From assembly GCA_964585065.1 (NCBI GenBank), contig CAZPCB010000001.1, positions 80,034-144,033 on the forward strand: a stretch of 64,000 nt of DNA, in the 5' to 3' direction. Numbering within the stretch: position 1 is the first letter of the stretch; the number at the start of each line of letters is the position of its first letter. This document shows positions 1 to 8,745 of the stretch, in pieces. The notes under the pieces are model-generated. The model did no database searches. It had not been told where the DNA came from and saw nothing but the letters and a program-made list of their open reading frames with translations. Position numbers and translations under genes: made by a program. The stretch comes from an uncultured Candidatus Saccharibacteria bacterium. GTDB taxonomy: Bacteria > Patescibacteriota > Minisyncoccia > SW-4-49-11.

Positions 1-9
1 TTACTTTTT

Positions 10-1005
10 TTGACTACTAGTAACTACTCAAAGGCTACTATTCGTAATTATGAAAGAGATTTATTGATATTTGAGAAATTCCTCAACGATAATGATTTTG
101 ACTTTAATAGTATTACCAAGAAAACCATAACCATATATCAGGCAGATTTATTAGCTGAGGATAGACAAGTATTCAAAGCTAAATCACAGCATCAAAAAGC
201 TAAACCCTTAGAACCCAAAACTATAAACCGAATGCTAACCAGTATTAGGTCATATTTTGTGTATCTGATAGACAATGAACACCCATGCCCCTTATTACCT
301 CAGCAAATCAAATTAATGAAGCTAGGGAAGTACAAATTACATTTACCCGAGCTAGAAACCTTAATAAAATTCATAGAATCCCCAAAACAATTAGAATCTA
401 ATGCATTTATTGGCCTCAGGAATCAAACCATATTAGAATTAATTTTTGCCTCAGGAATGCGAATTTCTGAAGTTACCCATTTAACCATTGATCAAATTCA
501 TCAAGATGATTCCAAAATTTTGATAAGAGGCAAGGGGAATAAGCAAAGATTTGTGTACTTAACCCCAAGAGCTCATACTATATTAAATGAATATTTGCAA
601 AAAAGATATCAAATTATCAAGCAAGCCCTCCCCTCTCAATATCAAGTGGGGGAGTATATCAATCAATTTACCTATGTATTTATCACCAAAAAGAGTTTTG
701 ATACACTCAAAGGGAATATAAAAGATCATACTCTCCCCTCTTCCCTACTGAATTCCCATATATCCGAGAATTATCTCCAATCCAAAATCAAATCCTATCG
801 TCTATTACTCAATATCCCCTACCCTATCTCCGCCCATACCCTTAGGCATGGATTTGCTACTTATTTAGCTGAGTCAGGAGCCAATCCCGCCGCTATCAAA
901 GTCCTACTCGGACATGAATCCCTCGAGACCACAACCAAATATGTACATGCCTCAGATACCTTTGCCGAAGAAACACATGATAATTTCCACCCCCTCAAAA
1001 AGTGA
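10..1005 (+). CDS. Tyrosine site-specific recombinase, XerC/XerD or phage-integrase family. May be 5'-truncated by the window edge, because the frame is open back to position 1 and the first start is TTG at 10.
   Basis: N-terminal SAM-like region 'SKATIRNYERDLLIFEKFL'. C-terminal catalytic box 'AHTLRHGFATYLAESGANPAAIKVLLGHESLETTTKYVHA' with the R..HxxR..Y signature. Stop is TGA. Confidence 0.75.
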   Translation: MTTSNYSKATIRNYERDLLIFEKFLNDNDFDFNSITKKTITIYQADLLAEDRQVFKAKSQHQKAKPLEPKTINRMLTSIRSYFVYLIDNEHPCPLLPQQIKLMKLGKYKLHLPELETLIKFIESPKQLESNAFIGLRNQTILELIFASGMRISEVTHLTIDQIHQDDSKILIRGKGNKQRFVYLTPRAHTILNEYLQKRYQIIKQALPSQYQVGEYINQFTYVFITKKSFDTLKGNIKDHTLPSSLLNSHISENYLQSKIKSYRLLLNIPYPISAHTLRHGFATYLAESGANPAAIKVLLGHESLETTTKYVHASDTFAEETHDNFHPLKK

Positions 1006-1073
1006 TGTTGATTACTCTTGATAAAGGTTAAACAATATGATATATTTTTTGTCGGACCCTATGACACAAGCTC

Positions 1074-1316
1074 ATGAAAAAAAGGTTTATGTGTCTACTT
1101 CTTTCATTTACATTTGTTCTCTACCTCTTGTTTTTTGGAGGGGATCCAGCTTTTGCTGAGATTCAATATAGCCTTTGTGGTAAAGAACATACATCTGAAG
1201 TTTGTTTAGAATTTATAGAAAATCCTAATATGAACTTCAGGGAAGTGAAATGTCGATTGGATCATATACTTGCTGAAAAAGAAAAAGCTTTGCAAAAAAA
1301 GGATCCTCAGAGTTAG
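1074..1316 (+). CDS. Small secreted hypothetical protein with a signal peptide and 4 Cys.
   Basis: N-terminal hydrophobic signal 'MKKRFMCLLLSFTFVLYLLFFGGDPAFA|E'. No recognisable family. Confidence 0.35.
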   Translation: MKKRFMCLLLSFTFVLYLLFFGGDPAFAEIQYSLCGKEHTSEVCLEFIENPNMNFREVKCRLDHILAEKEKALQKKDPQS

Positions 1317-1357
1317 CTAAGGATCTAAAGCTGGACGCATTACGTGCTCCGGCTTTT

Positions 1358-1999
1358 TCATTCCAATTCTGGTAAATTATCTAAGCTATAACAATTCTCA
1401 ATAGTATATTCTCCTGATTGTCTGCGCTCCAATTCCTCGAGATAAGCTCCTGTACCAAGTTTCATCCCAATATCATACCCAAGGGACCTGATATAAGTAC
1501 CACTAGCACAATAGATATCTAATATGAGATAGGGATACGCATATTCCAATATATCAATACGAGTAATAGTTACTTGACGAGGGGGTATATCTATATGCTC
1601 ACCTTTACGGGCTAATTCATACATTTTCTTACCATTGATTTTGATAGCAGAATACATAGGAGGTATTTGCTCAATTTCCCCAATGAATTGATTGACTACT
1701 AATTTTATTTGTTCTTGAGTAGGGATAATATCCGTATTATACGCTTGTATTGCTCCATCTTTATCATAAGTATCACTTATAAAGCCTAATTTTAGCTTTG
1801 TGCGGTATATTTTATCTTGTTTCATAAACTCGTCGCTTCTTTTGGTAGACTCACGTCCCACAAGCAGAATTAATACTCCAGTGGCAAAGGGGTCTAGGGT
1901 TCCGGCATGTCCAATTTTTTTGATACCATAAAATCGGCGCAGTTTATTAACCACCGTATGTGAGGTAATTCCAGCTGGCTTATTAATAGGAATAATCAT
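1358..1999 (-). CDS. truB: tRNA pseudouridine(55) synthase TruB (short form without PUA domain).
   Basis: 'INKPAGITSHTVVNKLRRFYGIKKIGHAGTLDPFATGVLILLVG' is the TruB catalytic motif (HAGTLDP with the catalytic Asp). Confidence 0.85.
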   Translation of the reverse strand: MIIPINKPAGITSHTVVNKLRRFYGIKKIGHAGTLDPFATGVLILLVGRESTKRSDEFMKQDKIYRTKLKLGFISDTYDKDGAIQAYNTDIIPTQEQIKLVVNQFIGEIEQIPPMYSAIKINGKKMYELARKGEHIDIPPRQVTITRIDILEYAYPYLILDIYCASGTYIRSLGYDIGMKLGTGAYLEELERRQSGEYTIENCYSLDNLPELE

Positions 2000-2152
2000 A
2001 TAGGCTATTGTAGCATATAATTATGATGTTTAGAATTTAGGATAGTGTAAAACAAAATATGCCATAATGGAAAACACAATTGCGGAGTGATATGGTGTTA
2101 GCCTACCTCATAAGTAAGACAATACAGGTTCAATTCCTGTCTTGGATACATA

Positions 2153-2183
2153 ATAAAGAAAAACCCCCCATTCGTTGGGAGGA
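2153..2183 (-). terminator. Rho-independent terminator downstream of the 69-aa ORF.
   Basis: Minus-strand reading 'cctcccaacgaatggggggttttt': stem CUCCC/GGGGG, 7-nt loop, T-run. Confidence 0.4.
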
Positions 2184-2206
2184 AAGTTGATATCAAGGAG
2201 GTAACC

Positions 2207-2416
2207 TCACTCAGTAAGCCCTGGATTTTCGTCTAGAAATTGGCAGATATTGATTCCAAGCTCCAGGTGTTGACTGAGCTCAGTGAAGAGCTTTTGAATA
2301 GTTTCTTTAGCCTGTTGTATGTCTTCTGGGAAATCATTGGTATTTTGGTGATTGACAAGAAATGTTAGAGCTCCAAGGAGTTCATGGACTTTATCATGAA
2401 GGGGTGAACAGCTCAT
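2207..2416 (-). CDS. Hypothetical small protein (69 aa).
   Basis: ORF followed by a terminator. No recognisable motif. Confidence 0.3.
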   Translation of the reverse strand: MSCSPLHDKVHELLGALTFLVNHQNTNDFPEDIQQAKETIQKLFTELSQHLELGINICQFLDENPGLTE

Positions 2417-2474
2417 GAGATTATAGTAGAAAAAATCTTATATAATATACCAAATAATAACCATCTGAGCAACA

Positions 2475-2502
2475 TAAAAAAGCGTCTTATCAACGCTTTT
2501 TT
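2475..2502 (-). terminator. Rho-independent terminator after hup (hairpin is bidirectional).
   Basis: 'aaaaaagcgtcttatcaacgctttttt': stem AAGCGT/ACGCTT flanked by A- and T-runs. Confidence 0.5.
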
Positions 2503-2522
2503 ATGAATGCAAGTTATAATTA

Positions 2523-2798
2523 TTATTTAACTGCATCTTTCAACTTCTTTCCTGCTTTGAATTTAGGAGTTTTGGTTGCAGCGATCTTGATCTTTTCTAG
2601 AGTTCGTGGGTTAACACCTTCTCGTGCTTGTCGTTGGGTTACTGAGAAAGTCCCAAATCCAGCTAGAGTTACGGTTTCACCTTTAGAAAGGGTCTTGGTC
2701 ACTACATCAATGAAAGCTTGAAGTACTGCTTCAGAATCCTTCTTTGAGGTTCCAGCTACATCAGCGATTGCTGATACTAGTTCTGCTTTAGTTGCCAT
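2523..2798 (-). CDS. hup: DNA-binding protein HU.
   Basis: 'MATKAELVSAIA...VTLAGFGTFSVTQRQAREGVNPRT' is the canonical HU/IHF fold signature, 91 aa. Confidence 0.9.
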   Translation of the reverse strand: MATKAELVSAIADVAGTSKKDSEAVLQAFIDVVTKTLSKGETVTLAGFGTFSVTQRQAREGVNPRTLEKIKIAATKTPKFKAGKKLKDAVK

Positions 2799-2900
2799 CT
2801 ACACACACCTCCTTTCTCATATTGTTTTCCATTAGTATTTGATTGGATAATTGTATCCTTGTTTCATCATATAGTATATATGCGGAATTGTAAAGCTTTT

Positions 2901-4427
2901 TTATCTTGCATAGTCAATAATACGGGTTTCTCGTATTAAAGTTACTTTAATTTCACCAGGATATTTAAGCTCTTCTTCTATCTTAAGAGCAATTTTGCGA
3001 GCCATTTTTTTGGCTTGTATATCATTGATTTTATATGGTGTCACAAATACGCGAATCTCACGGCCAGCATTAATGGCATAACTTTTATCTACTCCATAAA
3101 AAGCATTAGTAATAGCCTCCAATTCCCCCAGTCTCTTGATATAATTATCCACAGAATCACGTCGAGCCCCAGGTCGAGAAGCTGACAGGGCATCCGCTGC
3201 CTGTACAATGCGAGATTCTAGGCTCTCATACGGATATTCCTCATGATGAGACTGCATAGCCTTGATTACCTCTTCTTTAATACCATATTTACTGAGTACG
3301 GTGCGTCCAATTTCCACATGAGTACCCTCAACCTCATGATCGAGAGCCTTCCCAATATCATGAAAAAGACCTCCCATTTTTGCAATCATCACATTAGCCC
3401 CGAGTTCTGCCGCAATAGCTCCCGCCAAATGAGCAACTTCCACACTATGCATAAGTACATTTTGTCCATAACTAGTTCGGAATTGCAATCGTCCGAGTAT
3501 ATAGGTGAGTTTAGGATCTATACCCGTAATACCGGTATCATATAGAGCTGCTTCACCAGCCTCTTTAATCTTTTGTTGTACTAATTCTTTTGATTTAATG
3601 ACAAATTCTTCAATACGAGCTGGTTGTATACGACCATCTTCAATCAAAGCCTCTAGAGCAAGCTTAGCAATATGCCTCCGTATAGGGTCAAAACAAGATA
3701 AAACAATACTATCAGGACTATCATCAATAATAACCTGTACTCCTGTTGCATTCTCGAGAGCCCGTATATTACGCCCCTCTTTTCCAATAATACGTCCCTT
3801 TACCTCTTCGCTGTCTATTGCCACACTTGCAGTATTAAATTCAGCAGATTGACCTTGAGCATATTTTTGCATAGCAAGAACCATAATATTCTTGGCTTTT
3901 TGTTCCAATTGATTATGCCTAATTCCCTCTAAACGCTCTATTTGTAATAATAATTCTTCATGAGAAGTCTCTTCTACCTTTTCGAGAAGCTCAGACTTAG
4001 CTTGTTCGGTATTAAGTCCAGCAATATGCCCAAGTTCAGTGATTTGTTTTTGTTTGAGCTCTTCAACCTCTTGATACAAATCCTTAATTCTCTCCCCCTT
4101 TGTCTTGAGTTCCAATCTATGATTTTCTAATTCCTGTACTTGTTGTTCTAAATCCTTTTCCCTTCTCAAAACACTTTCCTCAAGGAGAACCGCTGTTTTC
4201 CTAATTTCTGAGGCTTCGGCTCTGGCCTTATCTTTTAGTATTTCAGCCTCTTGTTCGGCTTCTTTTTTGAGTTTTTTAGATTCTTCTTCGAATATTGCTT
4301 GTAGCGATTGAATTTTAGCTTCTTTTGAATTGATTGATCTTCTGACAATGATTAATCTGAGACCATATCCTATACCAGTACCTATTATTAAGCTTGAAGT
4401 CAACCACAATAATGAAATTGTAGTCAT
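2901..4427 (-). CDS. rny: Ribonuclease Y.
   Basis: N-terminal TM helix, coiled-coil region, KH domain 'GRIIGKEGRNIRALENATG' and HD domain 'HSVEVAHLAGAIAAELG...LFHDIGKA'. Confidence 0.9.
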   Translation of the reverse strand: MTTISLLWLTSSLIIGTGIGYGLRLIIVRRSINSKEAKIQSLQAIFEEESKKLKKEAEQEAEILKDKARAEASEIRKTAVLLEESVLRREKDLEQQVQELENHRLELKTKGERIKDLYQEVEELKQKQITELGHIAGLNTEQAKSELLEKVEETSHEELLLQIERLEGIRHNQLEQKAKNIMVLAMQKYAQGQSAEFNTASVAIDSEEVKGRIIGKEGRNIRALENATGVQVIIDDSPDSIVLSCFDPIRRHIAKLALEALIEDGRIQPARIEEFVIKSKELVQQKIKEAGEAALYDTGITGIDPKLTYILGRLQFRTSYGQNVLMHSVEVAHLAGAIAAELGANVMIAKMGGLFHDIGKALDHEVEGTHVEIGRTVLSKYGIKEEVIKAMQSHHEEYPYESLESRIVQAADALSASRPGARRDSVDNYIKRLGELEAITNAFYGVDKSYAINAGREIRVFVTPYKINDIQAKKMARKIALKIEEELKYPGEIKVTLIRETRIIDYAR

Positions 4428-4551
4428 ATAATATATTATGAGATAGTAAATTAAGTGTATTTTGCATATACATCACTATTATAGCATAGTGACAAGGTAA
4501 ATGCGAATTGTAAATGAGAGGGGTGAAATAATAGTGAGCTCACATAAACAC

Positions 4552-4590
4552 AAAAGCTCCTATCAATATAATTGTTAGGAGCTTTTGCTA
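4552..4590 (-). terminator. Rho-independent terminator after the DEAD-box helicase gene.
   Basis: 8-bp stem AGCTCCTA/TAGGAGCT with a 13-nt loop, followed on the minus strand by a T-run. Confidence 0.5.
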
Positions 4591-4610
4591 GTGAGTCTAA
4601 TTATCTTGGA

Positions 4611-5870
4611 TTAATACTTTTTTACAAAAGTAAGAGCCCAACCAATTTTATTCCCTCGTCCAGTTCTACCAATTCGATGAATATAATCTTCTTCAGTTCG
4701 AGGTAACTCATAATTGATAACATGAGTAATATCCCCAACATCAATTCCACGAGAAGCCACATCGGTTCCAATCATAATCCAAGCCTCATTGTTCTTGAAT
4801 TTCTTCAACGCAATTTGTCTATGCATTTGAGTCTTGTCACCATGAATAGATTCAACATCAAAACCATGTTGTTGTAAATCTCGATACAAATTTTCTACCG
4901 CCATTTTGGTCTCACAGAAAATAAGAACTTTTTTCACTTCATCTTTATTCAAGATATCCATCAATAAGTCCATTTTATTATCATTACGAGTAACAGGTAC
5001 AATATCTTGATGAACATTATTACTAGATACATTGCTAGATAACAATACATTAACTGGATTTACAAGGAAAGTCTCCATCAATTGACGAGTTTTCCCTTCA
5101 GTTGTAGCAGAGAAGAATAATTTTTGAGTATCTTTTGGAAGTAATTCGAGAATATATCGAATTTCATCAATAAATCCCATATCAAGCATTCGGTCAACCT
5201 CATCTAATACGATGGTTGAAAAACTATCCATATGAATAGCCTTACGATTAATCAAATCTTTGAATCGTCCAGGAGTTGCAATGATAAAATGATTATGCCG
5301 AGATAATCGGAACATTTGCTTACGAATAGGAGTTCCCCCAATACAAACAGTACTATAAATACCCTGACCACGATTAGTGATTTTGTGAAGCTCTTGTTCA
5401 ATTTGAAGAGCCAATTCTCGGGTAGGAGCAAGTATCACAGCTGACTTTTTAGGATCTAAAGTCATACTATGTAATAGAGGAAGCAAGAAAGCTAAAGTTT
5501 TACCAGTACCAGTACCAGCAAGTCCAATAACATCATTTCCTTCCATTACAGGTTTAATAGCCTGATCTTGAATAGGAGTAGGATTAATCATACCCTTTTC
5601 AGTAAGAGCAGCATCAATCCATGATGCAAAACCAAAGTCTTTAAAAGTATGAGTGATTTTGGTCTCAGCCTCTGGAAGAGGTTCAGCAACCTTCACAAAT
5701 AAAGAATGGTCAAGTTGTTTAGGACCAGATTTTTTACCATATCTTCGGCCACCACCTCCGCCATAGCGAGGTCGTCCGCCAAAAGAATCACGAGAAGAAC
5801 TATTATTATATCGAGAAGATGAGTTAGAGCGATTAGAAAATCGACTACTACTATTATTAGAGTACGCCAT
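4611..5870 (-). CDS. DEAD-box ATP-dependent RNA helicase with an N-terminal Ser/Arg/Gly-rich low-complexity tail. Start is probably the internal Met 'MAYSNN...' at 5870 rather than 5912.
   Basis: Q-motif and 'AGTGTGKT' (motif I), 'LAPTRELALQI' (Ia), 'DEVDRMLDMGF' (II, DEAD), 'SAT' (III), 'HRIGRTGR' (VI). N-terminus 'SRFSNRSNSSSRYNNSSSRDSFGGRPRYGGGGGRRYG'. Confidence 0.85.
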   Translation of the reverse strand: MAYSNNSSSRFSNRSNSSSRYNNSSSRDSFGGRPRYGGGGGRRYGKKSGPKQLDHSLFVKVAEPLPEAETKITHTFKDFGFASWIDAALTEKGMINPTPIQDQAIKPVMEGNDVIGLAGTGTGKTLAFLLPLLHSMTLDPKKSAVILAPTRELALQIEQELHKITNRGQGIYSTVCIGGTPIRKQMFRLSRHNHFIIATPGRFKDLINRKAIHMDSFSTIVLDEVDRMLDMGFIDEIRYILELLPKDTQKLFFSATTEGKTRQLMETFLVNPVNVLLSSNVSSNNVHQDIVPVTRNDNKMDLLMDILNKDEVKKVLIFCETKMAVENLYRDLQQHGFDVESIHGDKTQMHRQIALKKFKNNEAWIMIGTDVASRGIDVGDITHVINYELPRTEEDYIHRIGRTGRGNKIGWALTFVKKY

Positions 5871-6016
5871 ACAAAATATGATTATGAATATGATATGGAA
5901 TATAGATACCAATCATATACATACTTGTATAAACGCCATCTATGACCACATTGAAAAAGATTATAGCATAGATTATATTATTTGTCAAGTTATAATAACA
6001 CCAAAATTAGGTGCGG

Positions 6017-6080
6017 GTATTCTGTCCTCCCTTGGAGGAGGTGGATTGAGCTAATTCCCCTCTCGAGGGGTGTACAGCTT
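6017..6080. repeat. GC-rich REP-like structured repeat, copy 1.
   Basis: 'ttctgtcctcccttggaggaggtggattgagctaattcccctctcgaggggtgta' shares its core with 6447-6520. It contains the local hairpin CCTCC-cttg-GGAGG and the CCCCT-ctcg-AGGGG hairpin. Confidence 0.45.
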
Positions 6081-6192
6081 TGCTGGACGGGGTTGGGAGT
6101 ATTCTGTCCCTAAAGTTACTCCTCCACCTGTCTGATTGACAGTAAGTATAAATTTTGATATTTTACTTATGTCCACATATTGATAATAGCAA

Positions 6193-6378
6193 ATGACCAA
6201 AACAATAACCCCTCCTCATCCAGATCACGACAAAACAGCTGATCAATCATCTACTCAATTCAAAGAAGATGTCGGTATCGAAGAAAATCCAGATTATAAA
6301 GACTGGGAAGAATGGGAAGAACTAGAAAAAGAACTTAAAGAGGGTAAATACGATCTAAGCGTAATGCTTATGAATTAG
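6193..6378 (+). CDS. Hypothetical small acidic protein (61 aa).
   Basis: ORF bracketed by the two REP-like repeats and followed by a terminator. 'DYKDWEEWEELEKELKEGKYD'. Confidence 0.35.
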   Translation: MTKTITPPHPDHDKTADQSSTQFKEDVGIEENPDYKDWEEWEELEKELKEGKYDLSVMLMN

Positions 6379-6397
6379 AAATTCAACAAAACAACCA

Positions 6398-6427
6398 ACC
6401 CCGGCACATTGTCGGGGTTTTTATTTA
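6398..6427 (+). terminator. Rho-independent terminator.
   Basis: 'ccccggcacattgtcggggtttttattt'. Confidence 0.45.
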
Positions 6428-6446
6428 CCCTAAAATTTACAATGTT

Positions 6447-6520
6447 TTCTGTCCTCCCTTGGGGGAGGTGGCACGGAGTGCCGGAGGTGGATTGAGCTAA
6501 AATTCCCCTCTCGAGAGGTT
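6447..6520. repeat. GC-rich REP-like structured repeat, copy 2, with an inserted hairpin.
   Basis: 'ttctgtcctcccttgggggaggtggcacggagtgccggaggtggattgagctaaaattcccctctcgagagg'. The conserved 18-mer GGAGGTGGATTGAGCTAA is shared with copy 1. Confidence 0.45.
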
Positions 6521-6596
6521 GTATCTTTGATGAAGGGGGGGGATTTTACCTACCTCAAAAACTCCTTCAAAACAGCTGGATCACTCTCGTATATTC

Positions 6597-7517
6597 TTAT
6601 AGAAGATTTAACGAAGAAGCTTCACAACTACTAAAATCAAGAGTAACAAAATAATTCTCACCTTTCTCCGTTGTAAATGAATGCGCAATATCTATCTCTT
6701 GGTCTAAAATATAATTAATAAATTCATTACTACAGTACTCTTTAACCATCAAATCCTTAAGGAATTCTGTAGATAATTGACTAGAATCTATATTTTGTAT
6801 TTCATATGTATATTGAATAGAACCAGATTGCTGCTCCTTAATTCCTAACAGAGTAATATTATCGTTCAATTTACTCGGAAAAGGTCTATCATTTAATATT
6901 GACACCATAGCAGCAAGCTTACTATCTGTCTCTTCACTATACTCCTCTTCTGACGATGAGTCCAAATACATCTCATCCTCTAATGCACTCCACTCAAGAA
7001 AAAAAGTCACCGATAATATACCAAAAGCAATCAAGAAAAAGATAATCCACCCCTTCGTATCAAAATACTTATATACAGGCTTATGTAATGTTGCTACAAA
7101 GTCCTTATTCCTCAATATCTGAATCAAAACAACCCAAGAACATATAAGGAATACAAGCACCCCAACATATACCCAACTCGTAATACTAATTGTATTTTCA
7201 AAAATAATAAACCCTAAGGATATAATACCCATCAATATAATCAATACCTGTAGATACATCCTTATACTACGATCAACCCCAACTCGTACACGATTCCCTA
7301 ATACAACAAAAATACTCGACAAGATAAGAGTTAATATCATATCCGATATCATCACATCAAAAAAATATTGACCAAGCCCATTGGCATATATCCAAAGATA
7401 GAAAGGAGTCACACCCCATATACCCAACCAACCAATTCCAGATATCATAATTCCCATCCATTTCAGAATAGTCTTACTTCTATCTAATTTTTTAGTATCA
7501 ATCGCAACTTCACTCAT
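6597..7517 (-). CDS. Hypothetical polytopic membrane protein with an acidic C-terminal domain.
   Basis: At least 6 predicted TM helices in the N-terminal 200 aa. C-terminal 'DSSSEEEYSEETDSK'. Confidence 0.45.
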   Translation of the reverse strand: MSEVAIDTKKLDRSKTILKWMGIMISGIGWLGIWGVTPFYLWIYANGLGQYFFDVMISDMILTLILSSIFVVLGNRVRVGVDRSIRMYLQVLIILMGIISLGFIIFENTISITSWVYVGVLVFLICSWVVLIQILRNKDFVATLHKPVYKYFDTKGWIIFFLIAFGILSVTFFLEWSALEDEMYLDSSSEEEYSEETDSKLAAMVSILNDRPFPSKLNDNITLLGIKEQQSGSIQYTYEIQNIDSSQLSTEFLKDLMVKEYCSNEFINYILDQEIDIAHSFTTEKGENYFVTLDFSSCEASSLNLL

Positions 7518-7597
7518 ACTATTTTATATATGTATATATCATAACACCATAATCATAGATATCATAATATAATTCATGAAGATAGTAGTATTTTAAA

Positions 7598-7682
7598 CCC
7601 CTTTTAGTACGGTGTACTTGTCTGTTGCGAGGAGCATTCGCTCGAAAATAGTTTCCGCTATTCGTCCTTTGACGAGGCTTTG
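7598..7682. repeat. 85-bp direct repeat, copy A (about 80% identical to 8746-8831).
   Basis: 'ccccttttagtacggtgtacttgtctgttgcgaggagcattcgctcgaaaatagtttc...gaggctttg'. Confidence 0.5.
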
Positions 7683-7962
7683 TATTTGCCTATTACATTT
7701 GAAAGCTTTGTGGAAAATGGTCTGTGCAAATTTTGCACTAACCACTTTTTAATGACATTATATCCCCAACCTTCTTTTTGAGCTATTGCAAAAAATGCAA
7801 CAACTGAATCTTCTCTAGCTTATCCACATTTGCAATATGCATTTTTTACATATTGCTTTTTAATCAAACTCATACCTATCGTATACTTGACAAATAGCAA
7901 ATATTATGTTACTATAAGGTTACAAATGAGTGGACTAGGAATACCTGGGCCACTCATTTTTA

Positions 7963-8703
7963 TTACGGAAATTCTTTATATCCATATCCTTTCACTCTAT
8001 TCCCCTTACGTCTAAATTTTGACTTTAATATAGAAAAAGGAGGCTTATTTTTATACTGATCTTTATCTAAACAAAATCTACTAATTGGATATGCTACAAG
8101 ATCAGCAATTTGATGACCATTAATATTTTTTGTTTTACCAATAAACTCAATTTTTTGAATATGTTTTTCAAAATCATCTTGAGATACATACCGTTTTCGC
8201 CCTTATCGAAAAACATTATACACATTTATTAAGTCATTATTAGACTTATTATCTCTCGCTTCAATTGAGATAATCCCCGTACCATTATGCTCTTGAAGAA
8301 ATTTAATAAATCTTTCAATAATAAACGAAAATGAAAGTTCATATGGATCACTTGGATCATTATATATAGAAGTTAATTTATCTTTACGAATACAACTAGA
8401 GATAATGGTATAATCTAAATCCTGCATTAATATATTCATATCTTCTATAAAAACTTTTCTTTTCAAAGGGTTGAGTAAAGATTTAAAATCATTTTTTGCC
8501 TTACGAATTTCATAAGAATGTAATATGGTATTTTTATTATTAAAATGATTAATTTTAAGCTTATTTACTTTAGCAATAACTTGCTCCTCATAATATACTT
8601 TTTCAAAAATACACCCTACCAAAGTAAAAATAGGATATTGAATATCATACTTTACTAAGTTATGATCTCCAGATTCATCTAAAAATATAATATATTCTTT
8701 CAT
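7963..8703 (-). pseudogene. DUF3800-family gene interrupted by a single in-frame TAA at 8203-8205. N-terminal part is 8203-8703; in-frame continuation is 7966-8202.
   Basis: N-terminus 'MKEYIIFLDESGDH' (DESG motif). After the TAA the same frame continues for 79 aa: 'GRKRYVSQDDFEKHIQKIEFIGKTKNINGHQIADLVAYPISRFCLDKDQYKNKPPF...' with the DUF3800-like QxADL motif. The combined length of about 246 aa is family-typical. Confidence 0.55.
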
Positions 8704-8745
8704 AAATACATTATATCAAACCCAATATCTATTAATCAATAAATG

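Noticed and set aside
2083-2150. Full-length plus-strand tRNA at 2083-2150.
   Set aside because: There is no 5' acceptor strand complementary to 'cttggat' and no D-arm. Only the 3' half folds, so it is reported as a fragment.
3243-3852. Plus-strand ORFs 3243-3545 and 3505-3852 inside rny.
   Set aside because: Fully antisense to the well-supported RNase Y gene. Low-complexity translations, no start context.
7830-8015. Plus-strand 61-aa ORF.
   Set aside because: Antisense to the in-frame C-terminal continuation of the DUF3800 gene.
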